Below, piece after piece: positions 59,603 to 64,000 of a stretch of 64,000 nucleotides of DNA. Source of the stretch: Candidatus Eiseniibacteriota bacterium (GTDB lineage Bacteria > Eisenbacteria > RBG-16-71-46 > CAVPCR01); assembly GCA_963702435.1 (NCBI GenBank), contig CAVPCR010000004.1:384001-448000 (forward strand), in the 5' to 3' direction. The notes beneath the pieces were generated by a model. That model was given only the letters and a program-made list of their open reading frames with translations, did not search any database and was not told where the DNA came from. Position numbers and translations under genes: made by a program. Position 1 is the first letter of the stretch; every line of letters begins with the position of its first letter.

Positions 59603-60775
59603 ATGCCCTACATTCCACGCCTCCTCGAACAGGAGATCCTGCGCGCAACGCGGCACTTTCCGGCGCTCATCTTGACCGGCCCGCGCCGAGCCGGAAAGAC
59701 GACCCTGCTCCGCCACCTCTTCCCCGAAGCCTCATACTTTCTGCTGGAGGATCCAGACGTCGTCGCCCGCATTCGCTCCGACCCGCGGGGCTTCATGGCC
59801 GAGATACAGCCGCCGGCCATCCTCGACGAGATCCAGAACGTGCCGGAGATCCTGAGTTACGTGCGGACGCGCGTCGACGCGGCGCCGAGCCGGAAGGGGC
59901 GATGGATTCTCACTGGCTCTCAGGAGGCGGCGCTCATGCAGGGCGTCACCGAGTCTCTGGCGGGTCGAGCGGCGGTGTTCCATCTTCTTCCGCTCTCTAC
60001 CCAGGAGGCGCCAAAGGTCTCGCTCCTTCGCGGAGGGTTTCCGGAGGTGCTCGCCAGGCCTTCTGCCGCCAGCACCTGGTTTCGCTCGTACGTGCAAACC
60101 TACCTCGAGCGGGACGTCCGCGCTGTCAGCGCCATTCGCGATCTCGCGACCTACCGTCGATTCCTCGCGCTGCTCGCCAGCCGGTGCGGGCAGATCCTCA
60201 ACAAGACCGACTTGGCCGCACCGCTGGGCGTCTCGGTCCCCACGCTATCCCAGTGGCTGAGCATCCTGGAGATCACCGCGCAGATCATCGTGGTGCCGCC
60301 CTTCTACGAGAACTTTGGCAAGCGGCTCACGAAGTCCCCTAAGCTCTACTTCGTGGACTCGGGGCTTGCTTGCCACCTGCTCGGAATCGACAGCCAACAA
60401 TCGTTGAACCACTCGCCTTTCCTGGGTCCGCTCTTCGAGGGCTTCGTGGCTTCAGAAATCCTCAAGCTGCAGATCGCTCGGGGTCGACGCCGGGAGCTCT
60501 ACTACTTCCGTGATCAGCAGGGGCTCGAGGTGGACTTCGTGGTTCCGGCCGGACACCGGAAGCTCGCGCTCATCGAGGCCAAGGCGTCCCACACCGTCAT
60601 GCCGGCGATGGCCGACCCCCTCGAGCGCCTCGCGCGGGCAGTCTCGCGCTACGAGGTGGTGCGGTTCGTAGTCCATCGGCCCCTGGGCGCGGCAGCTCGC
60701 CTCTCCGCACTGCGCCCAGGGGTGCGTGCCAGCGGAATCGACGCCCTGCTCAGCGTCCTCGAACCTGAGGGTTGA
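59603..60775 (+). CDS. AAA_14 / DUF4143 ATP-binding protein (paralog)
   Basis: 'GPRRAGKT', 'LDEIQ', 'LTGSQ', 'ESLAGR', 'GGFP', 'KSPKLYF', 'EVDF...IEAK'. Confidence 0.92.
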   Translation: MPYIPRLLEQEILRATRHFPALILTGPRRAGKTTLLRHLFPEASYFLLEDPDVVARIRSDPRGFMAEIQPPAILDEIQNVPEILSYVRTRVDAAPSRKGRWILTGSQEAALMQGVTESLAGRAAVFHLLPLSTQEAPKVSLLRGGFPEVLARPSAASTWFRSYVQTYLERDVRAVSAIRDLATYRRFLALLASRCGQILNKTDLAAPLGVSVPTLSQWLSILEITAQIIVVPPFYENFGKRLTKSPKLYFVDSGLACHLLGIDSQQSLNHSPFLGPLFEGFVASEILKLQIARGRRRELYYFRDQQGLEVDFVVPAGHRKLALIEAKASHTVMPAMADPLERLARAVSRYEVVRFVVHRPLGAAARLSALRPGVRASGIDALLSVLEPEG

Positions 60776-61110
60776 GATCGGCCTGCGGCAATTGGGGCTG
60801 GCGACCGCACCTTTCCCGGATGAGGTAGACCACCCGAGCACGACGCCCGTCCCCGTGCCCGAGAGTGGTTCGAGCACCGGCACACTCGGGGAGCCATCAT
60901 CGGGAGTCGCGAACTGCAAGCGGCTCCGTGGTTTAACGCGTGACCCCGGTGGAGCGATCCGCCGGGGTCGGGGGTTCGAGGAACGGAACGCGGCAGCATC
61001 CGGGCAGGCCACCCCGGGGTGCCCGGGGCGTTGAGGGTCACGTCAACCGCGAGGATTCCGTCGACCGGCAGCGCTCCAGTCCTCCACGATCCCGCGCTCG
61101 GGTTCCAGGG

Positions 61111-61854
61111 TTACTTCGCGACCTTCGCGAAGCTGATCTCCTCCACCTTCACCTGCACTTCCTTCTCCGGGGCGTTGACCGTGGTGACGCCCGCATAGTT
61201 GGTGCCGTCGGGCAGCGCCTGGAACTCCACGGTCATGGTCAGCGGGTCCTTGTTCTCGAGCATCGACGAGATTTCGAGGCGCCTGATCTTCTTGCTCGCC
61301 GTGTCGAAGTGCAGGGTCATGTGGTCTCCCGGCTTCACGTAGTCGGTGAACTTGATCTGCGCGAGGTTCGCGCCGGGCGTCGAGAGCGCAGCGCGGCCGC
61401 CGGCGAATGCCTCCTGCATCTTGGTGGACGATGGCGGCACGTACTGGCCGACCAGCGTCTTGATCTCCGCCATGTAGGCCTTCATGTCCTCGATCTTCCC
61501 TTCCGCGGCCTTGCCCTTCAACCCGCGCTTCTTCTCCGGGGGCGGCGGCGGCTCCGTGAGCGGGGCCTTCTGCTGCTTGCCGCTCGCGTCGTAGCTGACC
61601 TGAGCGAGGCTCGTGTTCTTCACCTCGCCCTTCATGGTGAGCGTCGTGCGCTCCACCCACGTGTACTGCTTCATTGCCTCCTGGTTGGCGGCTGCGGCCT
61701 GCTTGGCTGCGGCCACGTTCTGCTTGAGCAGATCCTGGGCGGAGCTCGCCGCCTGGTCCTGCGCACGCACTGCGGGAGCGAGGCTCGCGAGGGCGAGCAG
61801 CATCGCGGAGGCGGCCATCCATCGAATGGCCTTCGACATCCATGTGTGATCCAT
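61111..61854 (-). CDS. Secreted hypothetical protein
   Basis: GAGGAG RBS before ATG 61854; signal peptide ending VRA-Q. Confidence 0.75.
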   Translation of the reverse strand: MDHTWMSKAIRWMAASAMLLALASLAPAVRAQDQAASSAQDLLKQNVAAAKQAAAANQEAMKQYTWVERTTLTMKGEVKNTSLAQVSYDASGKQQKAPLTEPPPPPEKKRGLKGKAAEGKIEDMKAYMAEIKTLVGQYVPPSSTKMQEAFAGGRAALSTPGANLAQIKFTDYVKPGDHMTLHFDTASKKIRRLEISSMLENKDPLTMTVEFQALPDGTNYAGVTTVNAPEKEVQVKVEEISFAKVAK

Positions 61855-61937
61855 TGGTTTTCTCCTCATGTGAGCGATTCAGTCAGCTCGGTTCCTGTCT
61901 TCGTCAGCGGGCGGATGCCCTTGCCTCGCCGGGTCCG

Positions 61938-63212
61938 TTACAGCTTCCACTCCAGGCTGGCGGCTGCGAAGTGCAGCGCCGTGCTGGCGAACTCCCCTGA
62001 GACCCGGCCCGCCAACGGCCCCTTGGACTGGTCGACCGGCAGATCTCCCGACCAGAGGATGGTGTAGCCGAGTCCGAGGTGCAAGGTCGGACCAAGCTGC
62101 AACCTTCCCCCGCCGGCGAACCGATAGGTCTCCCCGACGGCGAAATCGAGGGTCCGATCATCATCGCTGACGGCCGAGGTGTCGTAGGCGAATCCGGTCG
62201 TCAGGAGGAGTCCGGGCGTGACCCTGGCTTCCGCGCCCACTGCTCCGTGCCACGTATCGCGGTACTGGCGATCGGCGGTCACGCTCCCCAGCGTATCAGC
62301 CAGGGAGACCCCCACCTTTCCGAAGCGGTCCCAGTTCTGCCACCCGACGTTGAACATGAGCGACCAGCTGTCGCTCACTGCGCTGTTGACGCTGGTCATC
62401 ACCGTCTGTGGCACTTCCATGCCGAGACCGATCTCGGCGCCCATCACTCCACTTCGTGTGAGCACCCGCTCGAGCACCGGACCCAGGTCCTTGAACTCGG
62501 GCGTGTCCTTGAAGTCGAGGGTTACCGGCGAGAGGTAGGTCATGCCGACCCGCGTCCGCTCGTCGGTCCTCATCATCACGCCGATGCTGGCGCCGACCCC
62601 GGTATCGGAGCTATCGAGGATCAGCTCTCCATCGGCCTCGGCGGTCGCATTGTTCACCTTGACCGTCGTATCGAAGATGCCGTACATCACGTTGAGCCCC
62701 GCTCCGACGCTGAATCGATCGTTCGGGGCGTAGCTCACTGCCGGCATTGTCGTCAGCCCGAGCAAGGTGCCTTTCTGGATGTAGTATCGCCCGACCCACC
62801 CCGAGTCGAACTCCTGCGCCAGGCCGAAGTAGGTGAGGAAACCGACACCGTACCCGAGGCCGGAAGCGTGCCGGCGGGCGTAGAAGAAGCTGCCGCCAGG
62901 GATGGCCCCGATCGGATTCCCGCCGTCATTTCCGTCGACCGTGGTCCTTTCATCCGACACAAATCCGAGATCGCCGTAGAGGAGCTGCCCGTTCACGAGC
63001 AGGTCGCCGCCGTCGAGCGCGCTCATGCCGGCCGGGTTCCGGAAGAGGGTCGCTGCATCGTCCGGCCGCGCGGCCCAGCCGGCTCCCGCGAGCCCGATCT
63101 CCCGCGCGTCGATCTCGTAGAGGATGGCGCCGCCGGCCATGGCGTTCCCGGCGCCGAGGGCGCCGAGCAAGAAGCAGGTTCCAAAGATCGGCACGAGTCT
63201 GCGCCTGCGCAT
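61938..63212 (-). CDS. OmpP1/FadL-family outer-membrane transporter
   Basis: 'GLAGAG...DAATLFRNPAGM' FadL N-terminal motif; signal peptide; GGAGG RBS. Confidence 0.9.
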   Translation of the reverse strand: MRRRRLVPIFGTCFLLGALGAGNAMAGGAILYEIDAREIGLAGAGWAARPDDAATLFRNPAGMSALDGGDLLVNGQLLYGDLGFVSDERTTVDGNDGGNPIGAIPGGSFFYARRHASGLGYGVGFLTYFGLAQEFDSGWVGRYYIQKGTLLGLTTMPAVSYAPNDRFSVGAGLNVMYGIFDTTVKVNNATAEADGELILDSSDTGVGASIGVMMRTDERTRVGMTYLSPVTLDFKDTPEFKDLGPVLERVLTRSGVMGAEIGLGMEVPQTVMTSVNSAVSDSWSLMFNVGWQNWDRFGKVGVSLADTLGSVTADRQYRDTWHGAVGAEARVTPGLLLTTGFAYDTSAVSDDDRTLDFAVGETYRFAGGGRLQLGPTLHLGLGYTILWSGDLPVDQSKGPLAGRVSGEFASTALHFAAASLEWKL

Positions 63213-63264
63213 GACTACCTCCCGAGCCGCCGCCGGCCTGGCGGCGGCCGCGGCCATTCCACCC

Positions 63265-63789
63265 CTAGGAGAAGACGCCGGTGCGACCGGCGCCGCGGAA
63301 GCGGTCGAGAATCACATCCAGGGTATTCCCGGTCAGGTTGCCGAGCGTGATCGCGCGCACGTAGGCGATGATCTCGGCCACCTGGGCATCGCTGAAGTGC
63401 CGGCGCAGATTGTCGATCGACTCCTGATCGAACCGATCGAGGCTCTCGGCGTAGTGCTGGGCAAAGAGGATCGCCGCGGCCTCGGCCGGATTCTTCGCCT
63501 CCAGCGACTCGATCTGTTGCGCGAGGATCTGGTTGACCTCCGCCAGCGGCACCCCATGGGCCCTCGCCCAGTGAGTGTGCCCCCACTGGCAGTAGCGGCA
63601 GTCATTGACCGAGGTGACGCCGAGCAGGACCTTCTCGCGTAGCGCGGCGGAGGTCTTTGGCCTGATCAGCGCCGTCAGGAGGACGGGGCCCGCAGCCACC
63701 GCGCCGGCAACCGTCCTCCAGAAATTGCCGGGGGTCAGCGTGCGCTTCATCTTCCTGAAGCGTTTCATCGGCGGGCTCGAGCCGCTCAT
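63265..63789 (-). CDS. Carboxymuconolactone decarboxylase/AhpD-like protein
   Basis: 'REKVLLGVTSVNDCRYCQWGH' CxxC...H motif. Confidence 0.85.
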   Translation of the reverse strand: MSGSSPPMKRFRKMKRTLTPGNFWRTVAGAVAAGPVLLTALIRPKTSAALREKVLLGVTSVNDCRYCQWGHTHWARAHGVPLAEVNQILAQQIESLEAKNPAEAAAILFAQHYAESLDRFDQESIDNLRRHFSDAQVAEIIAYVRAITLGNLTGNTLDVILDRFRGAGRTGVFS

Positions 63790-63813
63790 CAGAGGCGCAT
63801 CATCCGCAGTGGC

Positions 63814-64000
63814 TCACTTCGCCTGCTGCGGAGCGGACTCCTCGAGGATGATCTTCTCCGGATCGAGGGTGTAGCCCCAGGGCGCAGAGTTCTTCCAGCC
63901 GTTCTTCATCCGCTTTCCGTTGAAGACGCTCTCGGGATCTTGCACCGGGTCGCCCTCCACCCCGTCGACGATGTTGTACGCGTTCGTGAACCCGGCGGCG
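63814..64000 (-). CDS. C-terminus of a rhodanese-like protein (5' end outside the window)
   Basis: 'AAGFTNAYNIVDGVEGD...NGWKNS.PW' rhodanese C-terminal pattern. Confidence 0.7.
   Translation of the reverse strand, partial: AAGFTNAYNIVDGVEGDPVQDPESVFNGKRMKNGWKNSAPWGYTLDPEKIILEESAPQQAK

Noticed and set aside
1..64000. tRNA, rRNA, reverse transcriptase/DGR or prophage genes
   Set aside because: No recognisable signatures found by eye; a covariance or HMM scan would be needed to exclude them fully.

Overview
GC-rich bacterial DNA with two distinct halves. Several secreted proteins carry C-terminal FlgD-Ig ('NxPNPFNP') domains and one carries a 'TWGxIK' tail, which suggests an Eisenbacteria/Krumholzibacteria/Latescibacteria-like host (inference only). 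Bases 1-28,300 are mostly intact chromosomal genes: a giant PKD-repeat surface protein, a porin/amidohydrolase/DcaP/secreted glutaminase cluster, suhB, a B3/B4 protein, cobB/cbiA, an L,D-transpeptidase, yjbQ, a HAD phosphatase, a Kef-type antiporter, lipoproteins and MgtC/DUF4010. Bases 28,300-59,500 are a mosaic organised around an IS91/ISCR-like single-tyrosine HUH rolling-circle element. It has one full-length transposase (52411-53862), several 5'-truncated or chimeric copies, and eight copies of a fixed 3' terminus (GACGAAAGGAAATTCCTATCCCT). Three termini are extended by extra (T)ATCCCT units. Between these termini lie intact cargo-like genes (two AAA_14/DUF4143 ATPases, alkaline phosphatase, a P-type ATPase under a yybP-ykoY riboswitch) and many abruptly cut gene pieces (uvrD, SNF2, abiEi, alpha-amylase, guaA, a symporter, IS fragments). 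A three-gene DDE/ExeA transposon splits a secreted HExxH metalloprotease gene. The best candidate for an undescribed system is this Helitron-like array of fixed 3' ends and variable 5' ends that captures and fuses DNA. Repeat-induced misassembly must be excluded first. All family calls come from reading motifs; no database search was run.
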